Shown here: piece by piece, positions 54,705-63,080 of the stretch
Layout: the number at the start of each line of letters is the position of its first letter
Position numbering within the stretch: the first letter of the stretch is position 1
From: an uncultured delta proteobacterium
Lineage (GTDB): Bacteria > Myxococcota > Myxococcia > Myxococcales > Myxococcaceae
Reading direction: 5' to 3'
NCBI GenBank assembly: GCA_963776345.1
Contig: CAVZMH010000015.1
Location: 320,001-384,000, forward strand
DNA length: 64,000 nucleotides
Notes under the pieces: generated by a model
What the model was told of the DNA's origin: nothing
The model's database searches: none
Seen by the model: only the letters and a program-made list of their open reading frames with translations
Made by a program: the position numbers and the translations under genes

Positions 54705-55223
54705 CTAGTGGTGGCAGGCCGCGCAGTCGGTGGGCGGCTGCAGGCGCTTGGCCTGTTCGGGGTCGGCGAGGGTGTTGCGGTGACACTCGAGACACCAGCC
54801 CATGGTCATGGTCGCGACCTGCTGGATGCGGACCATGGTCTCCACCGGGCCATGACAGGTCTGGCACACCAGCCCCGCGGAGACGTGGTTCTGGTGGCTG
54901 AACCAGGCGAAGTCGGGGAGCCGGTGCACCCGCACCCACTCGATGGGCCGGTTCTCCGCCACCGCCTTGGTGAGCGCCACGATGTCCGGCGCGTCCTTCT
55001 TCACCTGGCTGTGGCATCCGAGGCAGAGCTGCGCCGACGGGACGCCCGAGTGGCGGCTCTGCGCCGCGCCGAAGTGGCAGTACTCGCAGTTGATCTGGAA
55101 CTGCCCGGAATGGAGCGCGTGCGAGAAGGCGATGGGCTGCGCCGGCTCGTAGCCCTGCTGGGTGAGAAAGCCGTTGTCACAGCCCGCGCCCAGGGCGAGC
55201 GCCGCCAGGACGAGCCGCCTCAT
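54705..55223 (-). CDS. actA: ACIII subunit A, pentaheme cytochrome c
   Basis: QPIAFSH; five CxxCH motifs (CEYCH, CLGCH, CQTCH, CLECH, CAACH); N-terminal lipobox-like LGAGC. Confidence 0.92.
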   Translation of the reverse strand: MRRLVLAALALGAGCDNGFLTQQGYEPAQPIAFSHALHSGQFQINCEYCHFGAAQSRHSGVPSAQLCLGCHSQVKKDAPDIVALTKAVAENRPIEWVRVHRLPDFAWFSHQNHVSAGLVCQTCHGPVETMVRIQQVATMTMGWCLECHRNTLADPEQAKRLQPPTDCAACHH

Positions 55224-55888
55224 GGCGCGCTCCGGGGCCGCTCGGCGCCGGCCCAGAACTCGAACCAGGAGCGGATCCACTGCGGCGGGTAGCTGCTGAA
55301 GGGCAGCAGCGCCAGCGCCAGGAAGGAGCTGGCCACGTGGGCCTGCGGCCAGAAGCCCATGCCGGAGAGCCCGCTCACCTCCGGCCGGAGGGTGAGCAGC
55401 GAGCGCAGGTACGGGACGAGCACCGTGGTGTACCAGGCCGCGCCCCAGCGGTCGGTCACCGCCACCACCACGCCGGTGAGGGTCGCCGCCAGCACCGCCC
55501 CGAGCGAGGCGAGCTCGAGCCCGGTCCGCAGCCGGCCGAACCGCGGGTCGCGGATCCGTCGCCATCCGGCCAGGCCGACCCCGACCAGGAACAGCGCGCC
55601 GCCCATCCACCCCACCAGCTCCACCGCGACCAGCAGCGGCCGCCAGGAGAGCACCGTCAGCGAGGTCGAGGGGAAGAGGAGCGGGACCAGGTGCAGCGGG
55701 ATGAGCACCAGGCAGCCGAACCAGGTGAGCCAGGCGGCGAAGTTCGACCGCTCCGTCACCAGTGCGGGCTGGAGCTCGGGAGCGCGGACCGCCGCGATGA
55801 CCGCCTTGCGGAAGAGGATGGCCGGGACGAGCTGCCCCAGCGCCACGTAGGGCAGTACCACGAAGAGGAGCACGGCCTGGAGGCTCAT
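55220..55888 (-). CDS. NarI-like (nitrate reductase gamma subunit family) membrane cytochrome b with only two His
   Basis: LLFVVLPY, RRI.DP, RWG..WY, PYLRSL..L.P and H184...PFS; five-TM pattern; 4-nt overlaps with both neighbours. Confidence 0.8.
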   Translation of the reverse strand: MSLQAVLLFVVLPYVALGQLVPAILFRKAVIAAVRAPELQPALVTERSNFAAWLTWFGCLVLIPLHLVPLLFPSTSLTVLSWRPLLVAVELVGWMGGALFLVGVGLAGWRRIRDPRFGRLRTGLELASLGAVLAATLTGVVVAVTDRWGAAWYTTVLVPYLRSLLTLRPEVSGLSGMGFWPQAHVASSFLALALLPFSSYPPQWIRSWFEFWAGAERPRSAP

Positions 55889-56700
55889 CTCTGCCCTCCC
55901 CCGCCGCCCCGAGCTTTCCACCCGATGGCCAGCGCGCCGATAATCGCGCAGGCGCCGAGCACTCCGAGCTCGAGGAGGTCGCGGCTCTTCCTGGGCCGTG
56001 TGCCGTCGCGCGAGAGCGAGGCCAGGTAGGCGCGGACCGCGTACGACTCCTCCTCGGTGGGAGCCCGGCCGGCGTAGGCCTGCTTCTCCACCGGCGAGGC
56101 CAGCAGCGCGTCCGAGAGCCCCTTCTCGTGGCGGCGCGCCCAGACGAACGTCAGGTCACCCCCGAGCGAGCCGCCGCCGAGCAGCTGCTCGCCCCGGACG
56201 TCGTGGCACCCTGCGCAGGGCGGGCCCCCGGCCGAGAAGCGCCGCGTCCCGAGGAAGTACTCCCGCCCCGCCGCGATCTCCTCGGGCGTGGCGTCGATGG
56301 ACAGCTTGGGGCCGCCGACCGGGGTGCAGCCGTCCTTCTCGGTGCAGGCGGCGAAGAAGACCAGCAGCTCGTCGATCTGCGCCGGCGTTAGAGCCTGCTC
56401 CGGCATGCGGACGCCGTTGAACATCTGGAGCAGCTCGAGCGCGGTGGGGTCCTTGCCGTCGAGCATCGCCGTGGGGCTGGTGAGCCACTTCTTGATCCAC
56501 GCGGGCTCGCGGCGCTGGTCCACCCCGAGGAGATCCGGACCGATCTTGTTGCCTTCCCCGAGGGTGTGACAGCTCAGGCACTTCTGCCCGAAGAGCAGGC
56601 CGGCCGGCGACGCCTCGGGCGAGACGCCCGCATCCGGTCCGGGGGCAGCGAGGACGGTCGGGGCGCAGGCCAGGACGACGGCCAGCGCCGCGCTCTTCAT
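55885..56700 (-). CDS. Membrane-anchored diheme cytochrome c (NarC-like)
   Basis: Signal peptide; CLSCH...GPDL...MP; F.G..RF..GGP.CAGCH...GG.LG.DLT; C-terminal TM. Confidence 0.85.
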   Translation of the reverse strand: MKSAALAVVLACAPTVLAAPGPDAGVSPEASPAGLLFGQKCLSCHTLGEGNKIGPDLLGVDQRREPAWIKKWLTSPTAMLDGKDPTALELLQMFNGVRMPEQALTPAQIDELLVFFAACTEKDGCTPVGGPKLSIDATPEEIAAGREYFLGTRRFSAGGPPCAGCHDVRGEQLLGGGSLGGDLTFVWARRHEKGLSDALLASPVEKQAYAGRAPTEEESYAVRAYLASLSRDGTRPRKSRDLLELGVLGACAIIGALAIGWKARGGGGGQR

Positions 56701-56734
56701 TCCGCGGAACGGGGTCACGTGCGGCCGGCCTCGA

Positions 56735-56750
56735 AGCAAGCGACGGGCCA
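56735..56750 (-). promoter_or_regulatory. Putative sigma54 (-24/-12) promoter of the act operon
   Basis: Minus strand TGGCCCGTCGCTTGCT = GG-N10-GC, close to TGGCAC-N5-TTGC(A/T); about 35 bp upstream of the ATG at 56700. Confidence 0.7.
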
Positions 56751-56761
56751 TCCGTCGCGCC

Positions 56762-57427
56762 TCAGTGGCACACCCGTCCAGCCTCCGAAAGAAGCGCGCG
56801 GCTTGCGATCACCACCGCCGCGAGCGCAGGAATCGCCCTCCTGGCCCATCGGGCTCCCCGGCCCTGGCCGCGGAGGAACGCGCCGGTGGGCAGCTGCGAC
56901 AGCGCCAGGGCCGGCACCGCGCCGGCGCCGAAGGCGGAGAGCGCAAACGCTCCGCCGAAGAATGACCCGGCGGCGAGGCTCGCGGTGAAGGCGCCGTACA
57001 GAAGTCCGCATGGAAGCAGGGGAGTCAGTCCGCCGAGCGCAATGGCGCGAGCGGTCCGGGGCAGCTTTTGCGTGCACCCCGCGGCGCGACGCATCATTTG
57101 CGCGAGCCCCGGAACGGCTGGCAACCGGTTGCCGAGATCGAGCGCCGCGACGAGCAGCGTGGCCACCAGGATCCAGGGCGCCACGGGCAGGAGCGAGACC
57201 TCCAGGATCCGCGTGGCGCCCCCGCCCAGCGTGCCCAGGAGCCCTCCCACGACGCCGTAGGCGGCGAGTCGTCCGAGCTGGTACCCGAGCACCGGCCCGA
57301 GCCGGTCCGGTCCGCTCGACGAGGCGGCGCACGCCAGCGGGCCGCACATGAGGAAGCAGTGCAGGCTGGAGGAGAAGCCCACCACCGCGGCGGCGACGGC
57401 GGTCGAGAGAAGGAGCGGATCGACCAT
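56762..57427 (-). CDS. DsbD_2 / TauE-like membrane protein associated with cbb3 oxidase maturation
   Basis: SLHC..MCGP, Y.LGR..AY, LLPCGLLY and terminal CH motifs. Confidence 0.85.
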   Translation of the reverse strand: MVDPLLLSTAVAAAVVGFSSSLHCFLMCGPLACAASSSGPDRLGPVLGYQLGRLAAYGVVGGLLGTLGGGATRILEVSLLPVAPWILVATLLVAALDLGNRLPAVPGLAQMMRRAAGCTQKLPRTARAIALGGLTPLLPCGLLYGAFTASLAAGSFFGGAFALSAFGAGAVPALALSQLPTGAFLRGQGRGARWARRAIPALAAVVIASRALLSEAGRVCH

Positions 57428-57446
57428 CGCCGGCCCGTGGAGCAAT

Positions 57447-57462
57447 TGGCATACCGTTCGCA
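57447..57462 (+). promoter_or_regulatory. Putative sigma54 promoter of the cco operon
   Basis: TGGCATACCGTTCGCA = GG-N10-GC; lies close to the start codon, so the leader would be very short. Confidence 0.5.
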
Positions 57463-57478
57463 GCCAGGCGCGGGCCGG

Positions 57479-59869
57479 GTGTCCGCCTCCGCCTCCTCCA
57501 CGCACTGCCTGCACTGCGGAAGCCCCGTCGCCGATCCGGGCCGGGGCGCCTTCTGCTGCGCCGGATGCGAGGCGGTGCACGGGCTGCTCGTCGACCAGGG
57601 CCTGACCCGCTACTACGCGCTGGCCCGTGGGGCGGTGCTCCCCGCCTCCTCGGCCGAGCGGGCGCGAAGCCACGCCTGGCTCGATCCGCTCCGGACCGCG
57701 GCCGAGGCCACCGTGTCACCGCTCTGCGCGCTCGAGCTGGACGTGCAGGGCATCCACTGCGCGGCATGCGTGTGGCTGATGAACGAGCTGTTCCGCCGCA
57801 CGCCGGGCGGCGCCGGCTTCACGGTGAACCCCGCGCTGGGGAAGGTGCGGATGCAATGGAGGCGCGGCGGCTTCGACGTCGAGCGCTTCGTCTCCGAGGT
57901 CGAGCGGTTCGGGTACGCGTTCGGCCCGAGCCGCAAGACGACCCCCAGGCCCTCCCGAGATCTCGTGGTGCGCCTCGGCGTCTGCGCGGCGGCGACGATG
58001 AACGTGATGCTCTTCTCGTTCTCGTTCTACTTCGGGCTCTCGCCCGGGGACGGGTCCACCTTCTCGCTCTTCACCTGGGGAAGCCTCCTCCTCGCCACGG
58101 TGGTGGTGCTGGTGGGCGGCTGGCCCTTCTTCCGGGCCGCGGCGCGCGGGCTCTCCCGGGGGCTGCTCCACCTCGACGTCCCCATCGCGCTGGGCATCAC
58201 CCTGGTCTACGCGCTCTCGGTGGTGCAGACCTTCCAGAACCGCGGCGACCACGCCTACCTGGACACGCTCTGCACCTTCATCACCCTGATGGTGCTCGGC
58301 CGGTGGCTGCAGCAGCGGGTGCTGGACCGGAACCGCCGCTTCCTGCTCGAGGACGACGGCTCCGACGCGCTGGCGGTCCGCCGCCGCGAGGGCGGGACGG
58401 TGGCGGTGGTGCCCGCGCCGCGCGTCGCCTCGGGGGACTCCCTGGTCGTCGCCCCCGGGGACCTCCTGGTCGTCGACGCGACGCTCACCCAGCCGGGCCG
58501 GTTCTCGCTCGACTGGATCACCGGCGAGCCCGAGCCGCGGGGGTTCGCCGCCGGAGAGACCGTCCCGGCCGGGGCCTTCAACGCCGGGCGCAGCGCCGTC
58601 GAGGCGCGGGCGACGCAGTCGTTCCAGCAGTCGGTCCTTCCGGCGTTGCTCGCGGCGCGCCCCGACGGTGAGACGCGGGACGCCAGCGCGCGGTTCTTCG
58701 ATCTCCTCGCCCGGTACTACGTGCTCACGGTGCTGGCGCTGGCGGCCGTGGGCACCTTGCTCTGGGCTCACGCCGGGGCGCAACGGGCGGTGGACGTCGC
58801 GGTGGCGCTCCTGGTGGTCACCTGCCCGTGCGCGCTGGGGATCGCGATTCCCCTCGCCCACGAGCTGGTGCACGCCGGCCTGCGCCGGCGTGGAGTGCTG
58901 GTGCGCGCGCCCGATCTGCTGGATCGGCTGACGCGCCTCCGCACCGTCCTCTTCGACAAGACCGGCACCCTCACCCTCGGCCGGCTCGACCTGGTGGAGC
59001 CGCACAACCCGGGACAGCTCGCGCCGGAGGTGCGCGACGTCGCGTACCGGATGACCACCGGCAGCAACCACCCGGTGTCGCGCTGCCTCGCCCGTGCGCT
59101 CGCTGGCGCTGGCGCGCGGGTCGACGAGCCGCTGCAGTCGGAGGAGATCCCCGGCCGTGGACTCGAGCTGGTGCGTGACGGCCGCCGCTACCGCCTCGGG
59201 GCTCCGGGCTGGGCCGTCCCCGGCGCGAGCGCCGCGCCCGGGGTCACGCTCCTCTCGATGGACGGCGCGCCGCTGGCCCGCTTCGTCACCCGCGAGGCGG
59301 TGCGTCCGGGCGCGCAGCGCCAGCTGGCCCGGCTCCGTGCCGCGGGCCTCGAGGTGTGGCTTCTCTCCGGAGACGCACGCGGACGGGTCGAGGAGTTCGG
59401 CCGCGCGCTCGGGCTTCCGAACAACCGGGTGCTCGGCGAGCTCTCCCCCACCGGCAAGGCCGAGGTCGTCACCCGGGTGGACCGGCGCGACACGCTGTTC
59501 ATCGGCGACGGGGTGAACGACAGCCTGGCCTTCGCCGCCGCGTTCGCCGCGGGTACCCCGGCGGTGGACCGCCCGGTGATGCCCGGAAAGTCGGACGTCT
59601 TCTTCCTCGGCGAGAGCCTGGAGGGTCTCGGCGAGCTCCTGGCCGCAGCGCAGTCCTTGCGCACCGTGGTGCGCCGCATCCTGGCCATGGCGCTCGCCTA
59701 CAACGCGCTGGCGGTGACCGTGGCGATGCTCGGACTGGCCACCCCGCTGGGGGCGGCGGTGGCCATGCCCGCGAGCTCGCTGGCGATCCTCCTGGCCACC
59801 ACCGGCTGGCTGGCCGGGAATCGCCGCGCTCCGGCGGCGGCACCGAAGCTGCACGAGGCGCCCGCGTGA
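57479..59869 (+). CDS. ccoI: Copper-transporting P1B ATPase for cbb3 maturation
   Basis: CLHCG..FCCAGC, HCAAC, TGE, CPC, DKTGTLT, HP and GDGVND motifs. Confidence 0.9.
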   Translation: MSASASSTHCLHCGSPVADPGRGAFCCAGCEAVHGLLVDQGLTRYYALARGAVLPASSAERARSHAWLDPLRTAAEATVSPLCALELDVQGIHCAACVWLMNELFRRTPGGAGFTVNPALGKVRMQWRRGGFDVERFVSEVERFGYAFGPSRKTTPRPSRDLVVRLGVCAAATMNVMLFSFSFYFGLSPGDGSTFSLFTWGSLLLATVVVLVGGWPFFRAAARGLSRGLLHLDVPIALGITLVYALSVVQTFQNRGDHAYLDTLCTFITLMVLGRWLQQRVLDRNRRFLLEDDGSDALAVRRREGGTVAVVPAPRVASGDSLVVAPGDLLVVDATLTQPGRFSLDWITGEPEPRGFAAGETVPAGAFNAGRSAVEARATQSFQQSVLPALLAARPDGETRDASARFFDLLARYYVLTVLALAAVGTLLWAHAGAQRAVDVAVALLVVTCPCALGIAIPLAHELVHAGLRRRGVLVRAPDLLDRLTRLRTVLFDKTGTLTLGRLDLVEPHNPGQLAPEVRDVAYRMTTGSNHPVSRCLARALAGAGARVDEPLQSEEIPGRGLELVRDGRRYRLGAPGWAVPGASAAPGVTLLSMDGAPLARFVTREAVRPGAQRQLARLRAAGLEVWLLSGDARGRVEEFGRALGLPNNRVLGELSPTGKAEVVTRVDRRDTLFIGDGVNDSLAFAAAFAAGTPAVDRPVMPGKSDVFFLGESLEGLGELLAAAQSLRTVVRRILAMALAYNALAVTVAMLGLATPLGAAVAMPASSLAILLATTGWLAGNRRAPAAAPKLHEAPA

Positions 59870-60012
59870 ACGTGCTGATCCTCCAGGTGTTCGTGAGCCT
59901 GATGCTGGTGCTGCTGGCCGTGCTCGGCCTCCTCTACAGCGTCAAGCACGGCGATCACGAGCACGCCGATCGATTGTCCCTGCTGCCCCTGGAAGACGAC
60001 GAGGGAGACTGA
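59866..60012 (+). CDS. ccoS: cbb3 oxidase assembly protein CcoS-like
   Basis: 48 aa, N-terminal TM LQVFVSL..., then G..EHADRL...PLEDD; overlaps the ccoI stop. Confidence 0.8.
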   Translation: MNVLILQVFVSLMLVLLAVLGLLYSVKHGDHEHADRLSLLPLEDDEGD

Positions 60013-60013
60013 C

Positions 60014-62347
60014 GTGGAACAAAGGGTCATCACCTACGACGACACGACCGTTCGCCGCTTCATCGCCGCGGGCGTGATCTTCGGCGCGGTCGCGATGCTG
60101 GTGGGCGCGATCATCGCCACCCAGATGATCTGGTGGCAGGCCAACCTCGGGGTGCCCTACCTGGTCTTCTCCCGGCTGCGCCCGCTGCACACCAACGCGG
60201 CGATCTTCGCCTTCGTCGGCAACTCGATGTTCGCCGGCATCTATTACTCGACCCAGCGGCTGTGCAAGGCGCGGATGGCCTCGGATCTGCTCTCCAAGAT
60301 CCACTTCTGGGGCTGGCAGCTGATCATCGTCGCCGCGGCGATCACCCTCCCGCTGGGGATCACCACCTCCAAGGAGTACGCCGAGCTGGAGTGGCCGATC
60401 GACGTGGCGATCACCGTGATCTGGGTGGTCTTCGCGATCAACTTCTTCTGGACCCTGGCCAGGCGCCACGAGAAGAACCTCTACGTCGCGCTGTGGTTCT
60501 ACATCGCGACCATCGTCACCATCGCCGTCCTGCACATCGTCAACAGCCTGGAGATCCCGGTCACCCTGACCAAGAGCTACTCCATCTTCCCCGGGGTCCA
60601 GGACGCGCTGGTGCAGTGGTGGTACGGGCACAACGCGGTCGCCTTCTTCCTCACCACGCCGATCCTCGGGATCATGTACTACTTCATGCCCAAGGCGGCG
60701 GAGCGGCCGGTCTACAGCTACCGGCTCTCCATCGTGCACTTCTGGTCCCTGGTGTTCATGTACATCTGGGCCGGGCCGCACCACCTGCTCCACACCGCGT
60801 TGCCGGACTGGGCGCAGTCGCTGGGCATGGTGTTCAGCGTGGCGCTCTGGGCGCCGAGCTGGGGCGGGCTGATCAACGGCATGCTCACCCTGCGCGGAGC
60901 CTGGGACAAGCTCCGCACCGATCCGGTCATCAAGTTCCTGGTGGCGGCGCTGACCTTCTACGGCATGTCCACCTTCGAGGGCCCGCTGCTCTCGATCAAG
61001 AGCGTCAACGCCCTGGCCCACTACACCGACTGGATCATCGGCCACGTCCACAGCGGGGCGCTGGGCTGGAACGGGTTCATGGCCGCGGGCACCTTCTACT
61101 GGATGGTGCCGCGCCTGTTCGGGACCAAGCTCTACTCGAAGAAGGCGGCCGAGGTGCACTTCTGGATGGCCACCGCGGGGATCATCCTCTACGTGGTCGC
61201 GCTCTGGGTCGCGGGCATCAGCCAGGGCCTGATGTGGAAGGCCCAGACCCCGGACGGCGCGCTGGCCTACCCCTCGTTCGTGGAGACCATCCTCGCCATC
61301 CGGCCGCTGTGGATGGTGCGCCTCACCGGCGGCCTGCTCTACCTCGGCGGCTTCCTCCTGATGGCCTGGAACCTGACCCGGACCGCGCTGGCCGGCAAGG
61401 CGGTGGACGGACAGGTGACGGTGACCGTCGAGGAGCCGCACGCCGTGCCCGAGCCGAGCGCCGGCTGGCTGGTCACCCGGCCCGGGTTCCTCTTCGTCCT
61501 CGGGGCGGTGGTGCTGTCCTTCTTCCTCGGCGGCGCCTCGATGATGACCGGGGTGAAGGTGCTGGTGGTGCTGATCATCCTCGCCGAGGTGGCCTGGCTG
61601 TGGTTCAAGGCCCGGCCGCGCGACACCACCGCGCCCGGCTGGCACCAGCTGGTGGAGGGCAAGCCGCTGTTCTTCACCGTGCTCCTGCTCTTCGCGGTGC
61701 TCGCCGGAGGGATCGCCCAGCTCATCCCCACCATCTTCGCGCCCTCGGCCGTGCCCTGGACCGGTGAGAAGCAGCAGCCGTACTCGCCGCTCGAGCTCGC
61801 CGGCCGCGACATCTACACCCGCGAGGGCTGCTACGTGTGCCACTCGCAGATGATCCGCACCCTGCAGGAAGACACGCAGCGGTACGGCGCCTACTCCCGG
61901 CCGGAGGAGTTCATCTACGACCACCCCTTCCAGTGGGGGAGCAAGCGCACCGGGCCGGATCTCCACCGGGAGGGCGGGAAGTACCCGAACCTCTGGCACT
62001 ACTCGCATCTCATGGACCCGCGCTCCACCAGCCCGGGCAGCAACATGCCCAGCTTCGCCTGGACCGCGGACTACACCGTGGACCAGTCGCTCCTGGGGCG
62101 GAAGATGATCGCCCTCCAGAAGGTGGGCGTGCCCTATTCCAACCTCGCGGTGGACGGGGCGCGCGACGCCTACCGCAAGCAGGCCGACACCATCGTCGCC
62201 GACCTGGCCAAGGAGGGGGTGGCCGTGCCCTGGGACCGGGAGATCGTCGCGCTGATCGGCTATCTGCAACGGCTCGGACGGGGGCCCCAGATGCCCGCGC
62301 CGCTGCCCACCGCGGCAGCGCCCGCGCCGGCCCGGGGAGGCCAGTGA
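60014..62347 (+). CDS. ccoNO: Fused cbb3 cytochrome c oxidase subunits I/II
   Basis: RLRPLHTNA, QWWYGHNAV, GPHHL, GHVH; CcoO part EGCYVCHSQMIR and WGSKRTGPDL. Confidence 0.96.
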   Translation: MEQRVITYDDTTVRRFIAAGVIFGAVAMLVGAIIATQMIWWQANLGVPYLVFSRLRPLHTNAAIFAFVGNSMFAGIYYSTQRLCKARMASDLLSKIHFWGWQLIIVAAAITLPLGITTSKEYAELEWPIDVAITVIWVVFAINFFWTLARRHEKNLYVALWFYIATIVTIAVLHIVNSLEIPVTLTKSYSIFPGVQDALVQWWYGHNAVAFFLTTPILGIMYYFMPKAAERPVYSYRLSIVHFWSLVFMYIWAGPHHLLHTALPDWAQSLGMVFSVALWAPSWGGLINGMLTLRGAWDKLRTDPVIKFLVAALTFYGMSTFEGPLLSIKSVNALAHYTDWIIGHVHSGALGWNGFMAAGTFYWMVPRLFGTKLYSKKAAEVHFWMATAGIILYVVALWVAGISQGLMWKAQTPDGALAYPSFVETILAIRPLWMVRLTGGLLYLGGFLLMAWNLTRTALAGKAVDGQVTVTVEEPHAVPEPSAGWLVTRPGFLFVLGAVVLSFFLGGASMMTGVKVLVVLIILAEVAWLWFKARPRDTTAPGWHQLVEGKPLFFTVLLLFAVLAGGIAQLIPTIFAPSAVPWTGEKQQPYSPLELAGRDIYTREGCYVCHSQMIRTLQEDTQRYGAYSRPEEFIYDHPFQWGSKRTGPDLHREGGKYPNLWHYSHLMDPRSTSPGSNMPSFAWTADYTVDQSLLGRKMIALQKVGVPYSNLAVDGARDAYRKQADTIVADLAKEGVAVPWDREIVALIGYLQRLGRGPQMPAPLPTAAAPAPARGGQ

Positions 62348-62523
62348 TGTACTCGGAATTCTTCCGCGCCCATCACCTGATCGATCTTCCGCTGGCCGGC
62401 TCGGTGCTCTTCGCCGCGCTGTTCCTCGGCATCGTGGCCTGGCTCTTCCTGGAGCGGACGCAGCGGTTCGAGCAGGCGGCACGCCAGCCGCTCGACGACG
62501 ACGAGAGGAGTGTGCGGTCGTGA
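62344..62523 (+). CDS. ccoQ: cbb3 oxidase subunit CcoQ-like
   Basis: Short single-TM ORF ending F..AA..PLDD; lies between ccoNO and ccoP (start 62344 or 62347). Confidence 0.78.
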   Translation: MMYSEFFRAHHLIDLPLAGSVLFAALFLGIVAWLFLERTQRFEQAARQPLDDDERSVRS

Positions 62524-63080
62524 GCGAGAAGCAGATGGACGTCGAGCGCGGCCACACCTTCGACGGGATCCAGGAGTACGACAACCCGCTGCCCCGCTGG
62601 TGGCTCTTCATCTTCTACACCACGGTGCTCTTCGGGTACGGCTACTGGATGCACTACCACGTGGCGCGCACCGGGGTCGGCGGGGCCGCGGCCTACGAGG
62701 CGGAGAAGGCGGAGGCGATGCGGCACGCGGCGGCGACCAAGCCCATCACCGACGACCTGCTGATCGGGCTGTCCAAGGACCCGCAGACCACCGCGACCGG
62801 CCAGAGGCTCTTCGTGCAGCAGTGCGCCGCCTGCCACCTGGAGAACGGCTCGGGGAAGATCGGGCCCAATCTCACCGACGAGTTCTGGCTGCACGGCAAC
62901 AAGCCCACCGACATCCTGAAGACCATCTCCAAGGGAGTGGTGGAGAAGGGGATGCCGGCCTGGGAGCCGACGCTCGGCGCCGAGCGGGTGCGTTCGCTCG
63001 CCGCCTTCGTCATCAGCCACGAGGGACTGAATCTCCCGGGGAAGGAGCCCCAGGGTGAGCGCCTCGGAATCGTCAAGTAG
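62520..63080 (+). CDS. ccoP: cbb3 oxidase subunit III, monoheme form
   Basis: HTFDGIQEYDNPLPRWW; single CAACH; GPNLTD..W; GMPAW. Confidence 0.92.
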   Translation: MSEKQMDVERGHTFDGIQEYDNPLPRWWLFIFYTTVLFGYGYWMHYHVARTGVGGAAAYEAEKAEAMRHAAATKPITDDLLIGLSKDPQTTATGQRLFVQQCAACHLENGSGKIGPNLTDEFWLHGNKPTDILKTISKGVVEKGMPAWEPTLGAERVRSLAAFVISHEGLNLPGKEPQGERLGIVK

